64,000 bases of DNA from Calditrichia bacterium (GTDB lineage Bacteria > Calditrichota > Calditrichia > JAJRVZ01): NCBI GenBank assembly GCA_963777955.1, contig CAVZSQ010000022.1, positions 832,001 to 896,000 of the forward strand. The letters are read 5' to 3'. Made by a program: the position numbers and the translations under genes. The notes under the pieces are model-generated. The model did not search any database. It was not told the origin of the DNA and worked only from the letters and a program-made list of their open reading frames with translations. Positions 10,083 to 22,200 of this stretch are shown here, piece by piece (position 1 is the stretch's first letter; every line of letters begins with the position of its first letter).

Positions 10083-12067
10083 CCACTGTTTTTCTCCTCG
10101 CCGCGGTGTACCAACCTTCTCCTCAATGTGAAAATAAATCTGGCATATTTGCTCTGCTGCGATTCAGCCCAGATATCTCCGCCATGCTGATTGATTATGT
10201 TCTTGGTCACGAACAAACCCAGACCGGTTCCGGATTTAGTATCATAATTCCGGGCATTAAACCGCGTAAATTTTGTAAACAATCCCTTTGCTTCTGCGGG
10301 ACTGAATCCAAGTCCTTCATTGCGGATGGAAAGACGGATGAAATTGGCATCCGGTTCTTTTTCCTGGGTGATCAGGATCTGGCTTCCCTTATTTCCGTAC
10401 TTGACGGCATTGGAGATCAGATTCTGGAAAACGGAGGTTAATAAATCCGGATCACAGGTAACTTCCAGATTGGGGGCGATATCGCAATATACCTTCATCC
10501 CGTTGTCGGCGATCATTTCGGACAGGCGTTGCAGCGCCGGATCGATGATCGTGCTGCGCAGGAACACCTTCCATTGTTTCAGTTTTAAAGCGCCGTCTTC
10601 GATCCGGCTTAAATTCAGGAAATTGGCAATAGTGGCATTCAGATAATCAGCGCTTTTAGCCGAAGATTTCAGAACAGCTTCCTGGGCGGGATTTAAAGGT
10701 CCCAACAGGTTTTCGCGTAATGATCCGATAGCGAAGACGATCGAGGCCAGCGGTGATTTCAATTCGTGTGTTACAAATCCCAGCATTTCCAGATAGGCCC
10801 GGTTCTTTTCATCGGCTTTTTTCAAAGCCGCTTCCACTTCCTGGAAGGCCTGCTGCAATTGATTACGGTCGGTCTCCAGGGATTCGGCCATCAGATTGAA
10901 CGACTTGGCCAATTCGCTGAGTTCCCTGGTGCCATCTACCTGTTGCACCCGCGTGTCTAATTCACCGGAAGAAACCTGGCGGGTGGCTTCAACTAGTTTC
11001 ATAATCGGACGGCGGATTTTTCCTGAAAAATAAGTAGCCAGTCCGACCGAAATCAATAAGGCGATCAATCCAAAGGACAGAAATTTTTTAGTCAGACTTG
11101 CTTTATAGTCGAGATATTTTTTTTCCAGCAGACCCACGAATAGAATCCCGATGGTGTTACCTTTGGGATCACGAATAGGATCATAGGCCGAGAGGTACCA
11201 ATCATTGACCACAAAGGCGCGGTCGCCAAAGCGCAGCCCTTCTTCCAGGACGGTTTTATATACTGCTTCAGATACCCGGGTACCGATGGCGCGGGTAGTA
11301 TCTGCCCTGATCACGTTGGTGGCGATGCGGGTATCCCACAGAAAAATTGTAACGGTGCCCAGTGGTTTCCCGTCATAGACAGCGATATCGAAAACAGCGT
11401 CACGGATACGATCGACCAGATCATAACGGCGATTAAGCAGTATACCGCCATAGACTACTCCGTTCACCGTTTCATGTACATTTAAAATCGGTACGGCCGA
11501 TTCCAAAGCCATACCGCGGTCTTCCACGCTGCGTTCCGTGGGCCGGGCCCGCCGGGTTTCCACCAGAGCAATATGTGCCTGTGCGGCCAGTTCCTTGCTT
11601 TTGCGCAAAAGATCTTCCCGGGATATCAGGGTAGTACCGCTGCTGACGCTGCCACGAAGCGCCTGCAGAATTACCGGATCCAGCCGGGCCCGTTGTCCGG
11701 TTGGACCCTGATGACTGGAGGTACCTAAAATCATGCTGTCCTTATCGACCAGAGTCAGGAAATCCAGTTTGTATTGTACCCGCAGTCTTTCCAGCAGGGA
11801 TGTCAGACTGTCGGCACTGATCTCATGGCGCAGGGCCGAGCGAAGAGCTTCATGCTGTGAAACCAGGCTGACTGTCATCTGCAGCATGGTTTTCTCTTCA
11901 TTATAGGCAACCCAGGCGGAATTCAGGTCCATCTGCACCCGCATCTGGGCTTCGGTGGCAACAGTATCGTTAATGAATGATAATCCGGCATAGGTGGCAA
12001 AAATACCCATCAATAAAACCACCAGGGCATAGCCAAGTACCTGTATTGTACGGATACTGAGTTTCAT
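10079..12067 (-). CDS. Cache-HAMP sensor histidine kinase
   Basis: TM-periplasmic Cache (TRIATNV, AIGTR, YLSAYDPIRD)-TM-HAMP; HELKSPL, NLISNAVKY, GTGLGL. Confidence 0.93.
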   Translation of the reverse strand: MKLSIRTIQVLGYALVVLLMGIFATYAGLSFINDTVATEAQMRVQMDLNSAWVAYNEEKTMLQMTVSLVSQHEALRSALRHEISADSLTSLLERLRVQYKLDFLTLVDKDSMILGTSSHQGPTGQRARLDPVILQALRGSVSSGTTLISREDLLRKSKELAAQAHIALVETRRARPTERSVEDRGMALESAVPILNVHETVNGVVYGGILLNRRYDLVDRIRDAVFDIAVYDGKPLGTVTIFLWDTRIATNVIRADTTRAIGTRVSEAVYKTVLEEGLRFGDRAFVVNDWYLSAYDPIRDPKGNTIGILFVGLLEKKYLDYKASLTKKFLSFGLIALLISVGLATYFSGKIRRPIMKLVEATRQVSSGELDTRVQQVDGTRELSELAKSFNLMAESLETDRNQLQQAFQEVEAALKKADEKNRAYLEMLGFVTHELKSPLASIVFAIGSLRENLLGPLNPAQEAVLKSSAKSADYLNATIANFLNLSRIEDGALKLKQWKVFLRSTIIDPALQRLSEMIADNGMKVYCDIAPNLEVTCDPDLLTSVFQNLISNAVKYGNKGSQILITQEKEPDANFIRLSIRNEGLGFSPAEAKGLFTKFTRFNARNYDTKSGTGLGLFVTKNIINQHGGDIWAESQQSKYARFIFTLRRRLVHRGEEKNSG

Positions 12068-12090
12068 GAACGGATTGATTCTCTATCTAA

Positions 12091-13704
12091 TTATTTTCTT
12101 TGTACCAGGCAATTCCAGATAGTTTCTTCCAGTTGTTCACGGGCTGTTTTTTCATGCTCGCTGTATTCGGCCGGCGGTGAAACAGGCTGCGACGATCCAC
12201 CCTGCAGGAATAATTGATATTGTTGTTCCACTTCATCAATGGCAAATTCAATCGGTAAACTGATAAAATTATAAAATTCTGTGCGGAAAGGTTTTAATTC
12301 TTCCACAGTATGCAGATAATTCATAATAGCCGTATTCAGCAGTTTGAGTAAATAAACTATCTCTTCGAAACTGTAACCCACCTGAAAGCGGTTGTAACCG
12401 GACATCTCAAAATAATTTTGTAACAATAGTTTGTTGGTGGTATGGATAGAGGTCAGGATCAGGCGAAAGACCAGTTTCAAAAACCAGGACAGATCAACCT
12501 GGTCAACCAGACGCAGATGGGGATAACGGTTGATTTCCTCGTCCTGGCTGATCGACTTGAATACCTGATCAATGATGTTATCTCCGGCATCCGAAAGTGC
12601 CGTATAGATATTGAAATCCGGCCGGGAAGCGGCGCGGCGCAGGGCAGCCATATTGCGCATCTGCCAGGCAAATGGTTCGCTCTTGAGCCGCTCGACCATA
12701 TAAGGGATGCGGCGTTCGATCAGGTAACGCTGGTTCGGGGTCCAGCCGATCAGATTACAACTTTTTTTATTTTCTATATTCAGTCTTTCATCGATATAGC
12801 GCCACATCCAGGGGCGTTCAAACGGAGGACTATTGATTATTTTGCCGAGAAAATTCATACTATACAGACCCAATCCGCAGATGGCTTTGGGCATGCGGAT
12901 GGATTGACGGCTTTTGCCATAGTAATAACGGCTGGCCAGTGTATATAGATCCAGATGCGAAGTGCAACCCCTGGTGCAGGCCAGTAGTGTTTCAGCCGGA
13001 CCCAGGCGGTGCCGGTTCAATAATAGTTGACGGAAAAAAGCTACAATATCGCGAATATGAATATAAGGAATTGCCGAATGCCCTTTGCCGGCCAGTATCC
13101 GCGCCCGCCAGGAATTGCTGAGCCAGGTATTCAGAAACATATATAGCGGCGGGTATTCGCACCAATCACTGTAAATCGCACCAAAACGCACGATACAGGA
13201 AGGTAACTGTGCGCGCAGTTCTTTGATCATTTCTTCGCACAGACGCTTGCTCCAGGCGTAGATATGTTTACCATCGGGAGATGATTGTTCATTAATAAAC
13301 TCGTTTTCGGCCGGAAAAGAACAGGCGGCTACCGAACTGGAAAAGATGAATAGTTTCAGATTCATGGTCGTGGCCAGTTGCAGGATGTTCCTGGTACCTT
13401 CAACATTGGTGGTCCGGTACTCGGGCAAGTGGTCTCCGGAGAATTCGTAAAAAGCGGCCAGGTGAAAGAGATAATCCACACCGCCAGCGGTCATGGCCTC
13501 GCGAAAGGCCCTGGCGATATTGTTTTTATCGGTAATATCGGCCCGGATCCAGGCAATATTGGGATGAACCGGAGCATTGCACTCACGCTGTGAGCGCCGG
13601 GCAATCGCAAAAATTCTGTACTCATTTTTAAATTCGTCCAATAAATGGCGTCCCACAAACCCGGATGCGCCGGTAATCAGCATGGTCGGGATCCTGCCGT
13701 TCAT
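12091..13704 (-). CDS. Extended SDR (NAD-dependent epimerase/dehydratase) with extra C-terminal helical domain
   Basis: ITGASGFVG, HLAA, SSS, YAWSK; about 170 extra aa after the SDR. Confidence 0.85.
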   Translation of the reverse strand: MNGRIPTMLITGASGFVGRHLLDEFKNEYRIFAIARRSQRECNAPVHPNIAWIRADITDKNNIARAFREAMTAGGVDYLFHLAAFYEFSGDHLPEYRTTNVEGTRNILQLATTMNLKLFIFSSSVAACSFPAENEFINEQSSPDGKHIYAWSKRLCEEMIKELRAQLPSCIVRFGAIYSDWCEYPPLYMFLNTWLSNSWRARILAGKGHSAIPYIHIRDIVAFFRQLLLNRHRLGPAETLLACTRGCTSHLDLYTLASRYYYGKSRQSIRMPKAICGLGLYSMNFLGKIINSPPFERPWMWRYIDERLNIENKKSCNLIGWTPNQRYLIERRIPYMVERLKSEPFAWQMRNMAALRRAASRPDFNIYTALSDAGDNIIDQVFKSISQDEEINRYPHLRLVDQVDLSWFLKLVFRLILTSIHTTNKLLLQNYFEMSGYNRFQVGYSFEEIVYLLKLLNTAIMNYLHTVEELKPFRTEFYNFISLPIEFAIDEVEQQYQLFLQGGSSQPVSPPAEYSEHEKTAREQLEETIWNCLVQRK

Positions 13705-14105
13705 GATACTTCCTTTGCCGGCTGATTTTGTTTTTTAAGATTGATAAACAATATCAGGATGATGGAACCCATCAGAAAATCCCCCAGAGCCGATAGTAAT
13801 ACTATCCAGATCGGTTCGATCAACAGGTAATAAAGCAATAAAAAAAACGTGGCAATGCCCTTGGCACATATGGTTATGATGACCAGAGATTGTTCCCGTA
13901 ACGGATTGCGGGCTGCCCACAGATAGGTAATGGCCATCACCAGGTGAAAAACACCCCCCTGTACCTGGAAGAATGACCGGCGGTAACCGATATAACCGAA
14001 GAACGCCAACCATGATTCCGGCAGAATGATCAGAAATATACCGACCAGACAGGAATGAATGGCTACCAGCCAAAGAAAAATTTTCAGAAATTTTTGTACA
14101 GGCAT
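13701..14105 (-). CDS. Small 4-TM membrane protein
   Basis: Four hydrophobic segments, FFQVQGGVFH; 4-nt overlap with the SDR start. Confidence 0.7.
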   Translation of the reverse strand: MPVQKFLKIFLWLVAIHSCLVGIFLIILPESWLAFFGYIGYRRSFFQVQGGVFHLVMAITYLWAARNPLREQSLVIITICAKGIATFFLLLYYLLIEPIWIVLLSALGDFLMGSIILILFINLKKQNQPAKEVS

Positions 14106-14386
14106 GTGGTCGTCAGATCTGCTAATGTTTGCTTACTTTATTTTAGTGAAAAAATTCATGAAATCCAACTAGATCATTTTTTATAGCGGTTGATCAGCTC
14201 CTGATATGTTATCGTAAAACTAAGATCTAACTGGAATATTTTATCGACCAAAAGGCTTTTATATAATCCATGATCAAAATTAATAATTTTAAGTGTTTAG
14301 TGATGAAACATAAGTCTATAGCGCTGCGTAATTAATTACTATTACGGGAGGCGTTAGATTGTATTTAAAAGAAACAAGGAGAATAC

Positions 14387-15577
14387 ATGAGTAAACTGAG
14401 ATTAATTCTCATGCTGCATCTGATAATCGTTCTTTCAATAATTCAGATGTCCTGTGGCAGCGGTAATGCCAAAACAGAAAAAAGTCAGAAAGCAGATTCA
14501 ACGCAGACTGCCGGGAAAACAGATTCTGCCGGTGTGCAGGGGCAGAAAGAGGGGCAGTCTGACCAGACCGAAAAACAGAAAGAAGAACTGGTCCCGGTGG
14601 AGATTACCACCATCGTCAGAGGAACAATCTCTAATTTTATCTTATTGAGTGCGAATCTGGAAACAGAAAAAATGGCCGATATTTATCCCCGTATCCAGGG
14701 GCTTGTAGAAAGAATTCTGGTCGAAGAAGGGGATTATGTGAAAAAGGGCCAGAAATTGCTGGAACTGGAAGCAGATGAATATAAACTGGCTGAAGAACGT
14801 GCCCGCTTGAACTACCTGCGGCAAAAATCCGAATTCGACAGATTGGAATCGATGTACAAGGAAGACCTGCTGAGTATCGAAGAATTCGACCGGGCTAAAT
14901 ATACCACCCAGGGTCTGGAAATTGAATGGAAGCAGGCCCAATTGAATTTAAGTTATACCCGGATCACTTCTCCGATCAGCGGAATCATCGGAGACCGTTT
15001 GAAGAAACCGGGCGAACGGATTCAACCAACCGATAAAGTTTTCAGTGTCATCAACACCGACGAGATGATCGCGGTCGTGTACGCTCCTGAGAAAGAATTA
15101 GGCAATGTTAAGAAAAACCAAATCTGTTATGTGACCTCGGATAATGTCCCCGGCGATCGTTTTTCCGGTTCGATAAAAAGGGTCAGCCCGATGATTGATT
15201 CCCAGAGCGGGACATTCAAAGTGACCATCGGTGTAAAAAATGAAAGTAATAAGTTGCGGGTGGGAATGTTCGTTAATACACACATTATTACCGATACCCA
15301 CGCCAATGCCATTTTAATACCCAAGACGGCAATCGTATACGAAAATGAACAGATGAATGTATATGTAGTCAAAGACAGCCTGGCCAATAAAATTATATTA
15401 AAGGCAGGCTTTCAGGATCATGAGAAAGTAGAATCTCTTGAGGGTATTCAGGAGGGTGATAAAGTGATTGTAGTAGGACAGGCCGGTTTGAAAGATAAAA
15501 CCAGGGTAAAAATTGTATCGGAAAGAGAAAACCTGATAGCCTTCCGCAATAACGAAGAGCAGTTGTTTAAAAATTAG
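14387..15577 (+). CDS. RND periplasmic adaptor (MFP), probable lipoprotein
   Basis: VEEGDYVKKGQ, ITSPISG, LRVGMF, IPKTAI; AGGAG RBS; QMSC lipobox-like. Confidence 0.92.
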   Translation: MSKLRLILMLHLIIVLSIIQMSCGSGNAKTEKSQKADSTQTAGKTDSAGVQGQKEGQSDQTEKQKEELVPVEITTIVRGTISNFILLSANLETEKMADIYPRIQGLVERILVEEGDYVKKGQKLLELEADEYKLAEERARLNYLRQKSEFDRLESMYKEDLLSIEEFDRAKYTTQGLEIEWKQAQLNLSYTRITSPISGIIGDRLKKPGERIQPTDKVFSVINTDEMIAVVYAPEKELGNVKKNQICYVTSDNVPGDRFSGSIKRVSPMIDSQSGTFKVTIGVKNESNKLRVGMFVNTHIITDTHANAILIPKTAIVYENEQMNVYVVKDSLANKIILKAGFQDHEKVESLEGIQEGDKVIVVGQAGLKDKTRVKIVSERENLIAFRNNEEQLFKN

Positions 15578-15601
15578 TTATTACTTATGACAATATTATA
15601 A

Positions 15602-18600
15602 ATGAACAGGGATAGAATGAATGATTTAGAAAATAAATCCAGCCAGCGTTCCAGCGAATTTTTCAAATTTACCACAACCCGCCCGGTCGCCATACTAATG
15701 GTTGTTCTGGGCATATCGGTATTCGGGTATATCTCCTATGAACAATTACCGCTTAATCTGATGCCGGACATTTCCTATCCTTCGCTGACGGTGCGAACGG
15801 AATACCTTGGTACAGCTCCGGAAGAAGTCGAAACCTCTGTATCCCGTCCGATCGAACAGGTCCTGGGTGTGGTGGATAACCTGGTCAGCATCAATTCCAT
15901 ATCAAAAGCAGGCCAGTCGGATGTTATCCTGGAATTCAGCTGGGATACCGATATGAATCAGGCCACTGCCGATTTGCGTGAAAAACTCGATCAGGTTTAT
16001 TTGCCGGATGAAGTGAAACGGCCTTTAATTTTACGTTATGATCCTTCCCTGGATCCTTTCATGCGTCTGGGTCTGTTCGGTGAGCGTTCCCTGTTTTATA
16101 TGCGTTATCTGGCCGAAGAGGATATCAAGCGAAAACTGGAAACAATCGAAGGAGTGGCGGCCGTCAAGGTTAGAGGAGGATTGGAAGAAGAGATCCGGGT
16201 TGAACTAAACGAACAACAACTAACTTTGATTGGTATCAATATTCAGCAAATCAGGGAACGTCTGGCCCAGGAAAATATTAATCTGGCCGGCGGCAACCTG
16301 AAAGAGGCACAGACAGAATACCTGGTGCGCACACTGAATGAATTCAAGACGGTAGATGAAATTGAGGAGGTAGTAGTAGGGAACTGGAACGGACGCGAAA
16401 TCAAGGTGAAGGATATCGCTAAAGTTGAACGCACCAATAAGGACCGCGAAATCATCACCCGTATTAATGGAAAAGAAAGTGTCGAAATTGAAATTTTTAA
16501 AGAAGCGGATGCTAACATTGTCAGCGTGGCTAAAGCGGTCAGCGCTGTGGTGTTTGGTACCGCCGGACAGCAGGCCTACGTAAAAAATCTGGAAGAGAAA
16601 AAGAAAAAAGAATCTGAGCAAAATAAAACAGCAGCGGCAACTGCAACCGGGCCGGATCAATTGCAGGATCTGGTGATGACCAACTTTATCGCTTACCAGC
16701 TTCCGCAGGGCGTTAAGATCGATAAATTGTCCGACCAGTCAATTTTTATCGAGAATTCGGTGAATGAGGTAAAATCAACCGCAATCAGCGGCGGGCTGCT
16801 GGCGGTACTGGTGTTGTTTTTATTTCTGCGCAATATACCGGCAACCATAATCATCGGTCTTTCCATTCCGATCTCGGTAGTCGCCACCTTTGCTCCGATG
16901 AAACTGTTTGATGTTTCGCTTAATATCATGTCCCTGGGAGGCCTGGCTCTGGGTATCGGGATGCTGGTGGATAATTCCATTGTCGTACTGGAGAGTATCT
17001 CGCGCTGCCGGGAAGAGGGGGACAATTTAATCCAGGCTACCATCCGCGGGGTTGGCGAGGTGGGGGGAGCAGTGTTTGCTTCGACCATGACCACGGTGGC
17101 AGTATTCTTCCCCATTGTGTTTGTGCAGGGGGTAGCCGGGCAGGTATTTGGCGACATGGCTTTGACCATAGTTTTTTCATTACTGGCCTCGCTGGCAGTG
17201 GCCATGTTTTTGGTGCCCATGCTCAATTCGCGGGATATTTCGAAATTTACCGGAGGCGTACAGCTCAGTAATCTGATGGCGAACAATATTTTTGATTTTA
17301 GTGAACAGGAGAATGCAGCTGCGCTGCTCAATGCAGGCAGCAATTATCACGGTCTGGCTGAAAAAATATTAAACGGTTTTAAAATAATTGTAGCGACATT
17401 TGGATCGCTGGCACGTAAAATATTCTTTACGTCCTGGCCTTCATTCTGGCCTGAATTTTTCCGATTTAAATCGATAAGGGTATTTATTAATGATTTGAAA
17501 AGTTCCATATCAAAGGTGGGTCAGGCCGAAGGGAGTAAAAAGATTCTGCACGGCATACTTCTACCGGTACGATGGCTGTTCAATCTGATTAAATTCATTT
17601 TCTCCTTACTGCTGGAAATTATCTTTCGCCTGCTGCACGTTCTGCTGGTTTATTTCCTGTTATTCATCAAGGTTGTCGTTATTATTTTTAAAGTGCTATT
17701 TGACGCCCCGTTAAAACTTATTTTTAACGGTTTTAATTATACATATAAAGCAATGGAAGACGGGCAGGAAAAATTGTTGCGCTGGTCGCTGCATAACCGG
17801 GCTAAACTGATCGGCGGCATGTCCCTGCTCTTCGTTTTGACTTTTTTCGTCGTAGGCCCCCGGCTGGGCAGCGAATTGATTCCCGAAGTGCACCAGGGTG
17901 AGTTCAATGTGGATTTGTCCCTGCCGGTGGGAACTCCGGCCGAAAGAACGGATGAACGTATCACACCGGTGCAGGAATTTATTTCCAGTCAGGATGGAGT
18001 GGCCAAAGTGGCTACGGTAGTAGGTATAGACAAAACCGAATCGACCAACACAGATGAAGGGGAACACACAGCAAAATTGACGATCACGCTGCAGCGGGCC
18101 AGCAGTGTACTGGTAACCGAAGAGAAACTGATCGGGAAAATACGCTCCCGTATGTCCGATTATTCCGGTATCCAGGCAAAAATTTCCCGTCCGACAATTT
18201 TCAGTTTTAAGACACCGATCGAAATCGAAATTCATGGCTATAATCTGCAGAAGTTACAATCGGTAGCAACCGAAATCGAAACACGCCTGAAAGAAATACC
18301 GGGTCTGTTCGATGTCAAGGCCAATATTCAGCGGGGCAATCCCGAAGTGCAGATCATCTATAACCGGCCGTTGATCGCCCGCTATGGCTTGAATATTCTG
18401 GAAATCGCCCAGATCGTACGCAATAAAGTACGCGGGGATGTGGCTACCGAGTTCAAGGAAGAGGATCGCCGGATCGATGTACTGGTGCGGATCCGTGAAG
18501 AAGATAAAGAGACCATTGCGGACTTGCGCCGGATGGTTATAAATCCTGGTGCGGCTATTCCTCTGCCATTGGAAGCCGTGGCCGATATTCGTATCAATGA

Positions 18601-19270
18601 AGGGCCCTCGGAGATCAGGCGTATAGAGCAACAGCGGGCAGCGGTGATATCCGCAAATATTACCGGCAGGGATTTAAGAAGTGTCGGTGAAGATATTTAC
18701 CAGGTGTTGCGCACGATCCGGATGCCGGAAGACTTCACTTATGACCTGGCCGGTCAGAATAAAGAAATGGAAACCTCGCTCAACAGTTTAATGATGGCGC
18801 TTGGTCTGGCAATTTTCCTGGTCTATATTGTCATGGCCGCACAATTTGAATCTCTGCTGCATCCCTTTATTATTATGTTCACCATTCCTCTGGCTTTTAT
18901 CGGAGTGGTGCTGGTATTGTATTTATTTAATATCCCGCTGAGTATCGTCGTCTTTCTGGGTGGCATCATTCTGGCCGGTATTGTGGTCAATAATGCCATC
19001 GTGCTGGTTGATTATATCAATCAATTGCGCCAGCGGGGGATGCAGAAAATAGACGCCATTCTGCTGGCCGGGCGTGTACGTCTGCGTCCTATATTGATGA
19101 CAACCCTGACCACGGTATTGGGTTTATTACCGATGGCCCTGGGACTTGGCGACGGCGCCGAGATCAGAACTCCGATGGCTATTACGGTGATTGTAGGTCT
19201 GACCACCGCCACTTTACTAACCCTGGTGGTAATACCCACAGTTTATGCAGTTCTGGACAGAAAAGAATAA
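15602..19270 (+). CDS. RND permease (AcrB/MdtB-like) with large insertions
   Basis: APEEVE, GMLVDNSIVVLE, VVNNAIVLVD, RLRPILMTT. Confidence 0.93.
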   Translation: MNRDRMNDLENKSSQRSSEFFKFTTTRPVAILMVVLGISVFGYISYEQLPLNLMPDISYPSLTVRTEYLGTAPEEVETSVSRPIEQVLGVVDNLVSINSISKAGQSDVILEFSWDTDMNQATADLREKLDQVYLPDEVKRPLILRYDPSLDPFMRLGLFGERSLFYMRYLAEEDIKRKLETIEGVAAVKVRGGLEEEIRVELNEQQLTLIGINIQQIRERLAQENINLAGGNLKEAQTEYLVRTLNEFKTVDEIEEVVVGNWNGREIKVKDIAKVERTNKDREIITRINGKESVEIEIFKEADANIVSVAKAVSAVVFGTAGQQAYVKNLEEKKKKESEQNKTAAATATGPDQLQDLVMTNFIAYQLPQGVKIDKLSDQSIFIENSVNEVKSTAISGGLLAVLVLFLFLRNIPATIIIGLSIPISVVATFAPMKLFDVSLNIMSLGGLALGIGMLVDNSIVVLESISRCREEGDNLIQATIRGVGEVGGAVFASTMTTVAVFFPIVFVQGVAGQVFGDMALTIVFSLLASLAVAMFLVPMLNSRDISKFTGGVQLSNLMANNIFDFSEQENAAALLNAGSNYHGLAEKILNGFKIIVATFGSLARKIFFTSWPSFWPEFFRFKSIRVFINDLKSSISKVGQAEGSKKILHGILLPVRWLFNLIKFIFSLLLEIIFRLLHVLLVYFLLFIKVVVIIFKVLFDAPLKLIFNGFNYTYKAMEDGQEKLLRWSLHNRAKLIGGMSLLFVLTFFVVGPRLGSELIPEVHQGEFNVDLSLPVGTPAERTDERITPVQEFISSQDGVAKVATVVGIDKTESTNTDEGEHTAKLTITLQRASSVLVTEEKLIGKIRSRMSDYSGIQAKISRPTIFSFKTPIEIEIHGYNLQKLQSVATEIETRLKEIPGLFDVKANIQRGNPEVQIIYNRPLIARYGLNILEIAQIVRNKVRGDVATEFKEEDRRIDVLVRIREEDKETIADLRRMVINPGAAIPLPLEAVADIRINEGPSEIRRIEQQRAAVISANITGRDLRSVGEDIYQVLRTIRMPEDFTYDLAGQNKEMETSLNSLMMALGLAIFLVYIVMAAQFESLLHPFIIMFTIPLAFIGVVLVLYLFNIPLSIVVFLGGIILAGIVVNNAIVLVDYINQLRQRGMQKIDAILLAGRVRLRPILMTTLTTVLGLLPMALGLGDGAEIRTPMAITVIVGLTTATLLTLVVIPTVYAVLDRKE

Positions 19271-19286
19271 ATCAGAGTATCTCGAT

Positions 19287-22200
19287 ATGGAACAAAAAAA
19301 ATACAGTCCCTTCCCGAATTTCGCCATTCACCGGCCGATTTCGGTACTGGTCAGTTTAACCGCCCTGCTGGTGATTGGGTATATTGCCTATACCCAGATT
19401 GCCGTAGAACTTTTTCCGGCAGGATTTAATCCCCCGTTCCTGGGCGTCTGGACCCCATATCCGAATTCCAATCCGCGCGAGGTTGAAGAACAGATCGCCA
19501 AACCCATTGAAGAACAGGTCAGAACCATCAGCGGAGTGCGCGGTGTGGAAACCAGGAGCGGCAGCAATGGTTGCTGGACTTTTATTCGTTTTGCCCAGGA
19601 TACGGACATGGACCTGGCCTATGCCATGCTGCGCGACCGGATGGACCGGGTCAAATCGCAAATCCCGGAAGATGTAGAGCGTATTTATGTCCGTAAATGG
19701 AGTGATCAGGATGATCCGGTCCTGTGGATCGCCCTGGTCCAGAATAAACCGTATGAAGATCCGTTTTATCTTGTCGAACAGCATGTGAAAAAACCCCTGG
19801 AACGAATCGATGGTGTGGCCAACGTCGAAGTCTGGGGTGCTGAAGAAAAGGAAGTCCTGATCATGATCAATCAGGACCGGGTCAGAAGTAACAAAATCAA
19901 TTTATACCAGGTAATCCAGAGTTTGCGCCGTGATAATTTTGCTATCTCTTCCGGTTATGTTAAAGAAGGGGGCCAGAAAATTTACGTGCGCTCGCTGGGC
20001 AAATTTAAATCGGTGGAAGAGTTTGCCGGTCTGCCCATTCGCGGTACCAATCTGCGCCTGCGTGATATCGCCGATGTAAAATACGATGTACCGGAACGCA
20101 GATGGCGGCAGAGGATTGACGGCAAGAAAGCGATTTCGATCGGCATATTCAAGGAATCGATGGCTAATACGGTTGAATTATGCAATGAAATCCTGAATAC
20201 CTTCGAGAACAAAATAAGTAAAGATCCCAGCGTCGACGGATTTGATACGAAAGTTTTATTCGACCAGGGTCAGTTTATAACCGAATCGATCGAGAATCTG
20301 CAGAGTTCAGCTATGTGGGGCGGATTTTTTGCTTTCGCCGTATTGTATTTCTTCTTACGGCGTGTACGCATGACCGTCATCGTCAATCTGGCCATCCCCC
20401 TCTCGGTTATGATCACCCTAACGGTGATGTATTTCATGGGCTGGACTTTGAATATATTTACCATGATGGGATTGATGATCGCCGTCGGTATGCTGGTCGA
20501 CAATTCGATTGTGGTACTGGAAAATATTTATTCCAAACGGGCCGAAGGATTGGATGACCGCAAGGCCTCGCTGCAGGGTGCCAGCGAGGTGGCCCTGGCC
20601 GTAACACTGGCTACCTCCACTACGGTTGTCGTTTTTCTTCCTTTAATCCTGATCAATGACGATGTGGGATTCAAATTTTACATGACCCGCATCGGCATGC
20701 CGGTGATAATTTCCCTTTGTATTTCGCTGTTTGTCGCCCTGATCTTTATACCCCTGATGGCTACTAAAATAGTCAGTAAACGAAAAGTAGAGCAGCCCAT
20801 TTCAATCGTGAAGTCAAATCAGTTCTACCAGCGTCTGCTGCGCTGGACCCTGCGGCATCGTATAGAGACAGCGATCGTTTTATTAATACTGTTCATCTCC
20901 ATGTTTTATGCGGCATCAAAGGCCAATTATACCGATAACATGGAGGGTAATATTAATGATGTCCGGGTATTCTTTGAGATGCCGGAGAACCTGACTATCG
21001 AAAATGTGGAAAAGATGGTGAATATTGTCGAAGATACCGTGCGGCTCAGGTGGGAACAGTATAATATCAAGACAATCAATTCCAGATACAGCCATAACTG
21101 GGCTATGGTGCGTATCTTTCTGAATCCTGTCGAACGGCAGCAGTGGTATGATACTTTCTTTCAGAATACGCTTAAGGCCGCAGGCCTGTATCATAGCAAA
21201 CGCATGGAATACAACGGTGTGCTGGAGGATATTAAGAAGCGCCTGCCGGTATTTGCCGGAGTCAAATACAGATATACCTGGCGTCGCGAAGGGGGGGACG
21301 AAGCCTCCCTGGCGGTCTCCCTGTACGGCGATGACACGGAAAAATTATATGAATTATCTAAAGAAGTTGAACGCCGTCTGAAAACGATCGAGGATGTCAT
21401 CAGTGTGCAAAATGACCGCGAAAATGTGACCGATGAAATCCATTTGCATATCAATCGTGAACAGGCCAAGAAATACGGCATCTCTCCTCAACTCATTTCC
21501 GGAACCGTGCAATATGCCCTGCGCGGAATACCTTTGCCGAAGTATCAAACCGAAGAAAAAGAGATCGATGTGCGGGTGCAGTTACAGGAAGTGGACCGCC
21601 AGAACCTGTCCCAGTTGAAGAATCTTTCTTTCTTCACCGAGAGCGGTAAAGAGATTCCGCTTGATGCCGTGGCCAGTTTCACCATTGATAAAGGATTCGG
21701 CGAGATATTTCGCGAGGACGGCAAGACGGCAATCAGCGTCCAGGCTAATGTGACTAAGGAAAATATGGATAAATTGTATGCCAGGGTGGATCAGGTCATG
21801 CAGGGTTTTGAGATGCCTTACGGTTACTCCTGGACCAAGGGCCAGCGGTTTAACCGCATGCAGGAGAGTAATCAGAGCCAGACTTTTGCTATAATGCTTT
21901 CAATCGTTTTTGTATTTTTATTGATGGGAATCTTATTTGAATCATTTGTACTGCCCTTATCAGTGATTGTAGCCATTCCTTTCTCTTTCTTCGGCGGATT
22001 CTGGATGATGTATTTAACCGGCACCACTATCGACTTAATGAGCATAATCGGTTTTATTATTCTGATCGGTGTGGTGGTAAATAATGCTATCGTGCTGGTT
22101 GATCTGATCAACCGGTTGCGCCAGCAGGGATTATCGCGATTTCGATGCCATCATGGAAGGGGGCCGGGAGCGGTTTCGGCCCATCCTGATGACCGCCTTC

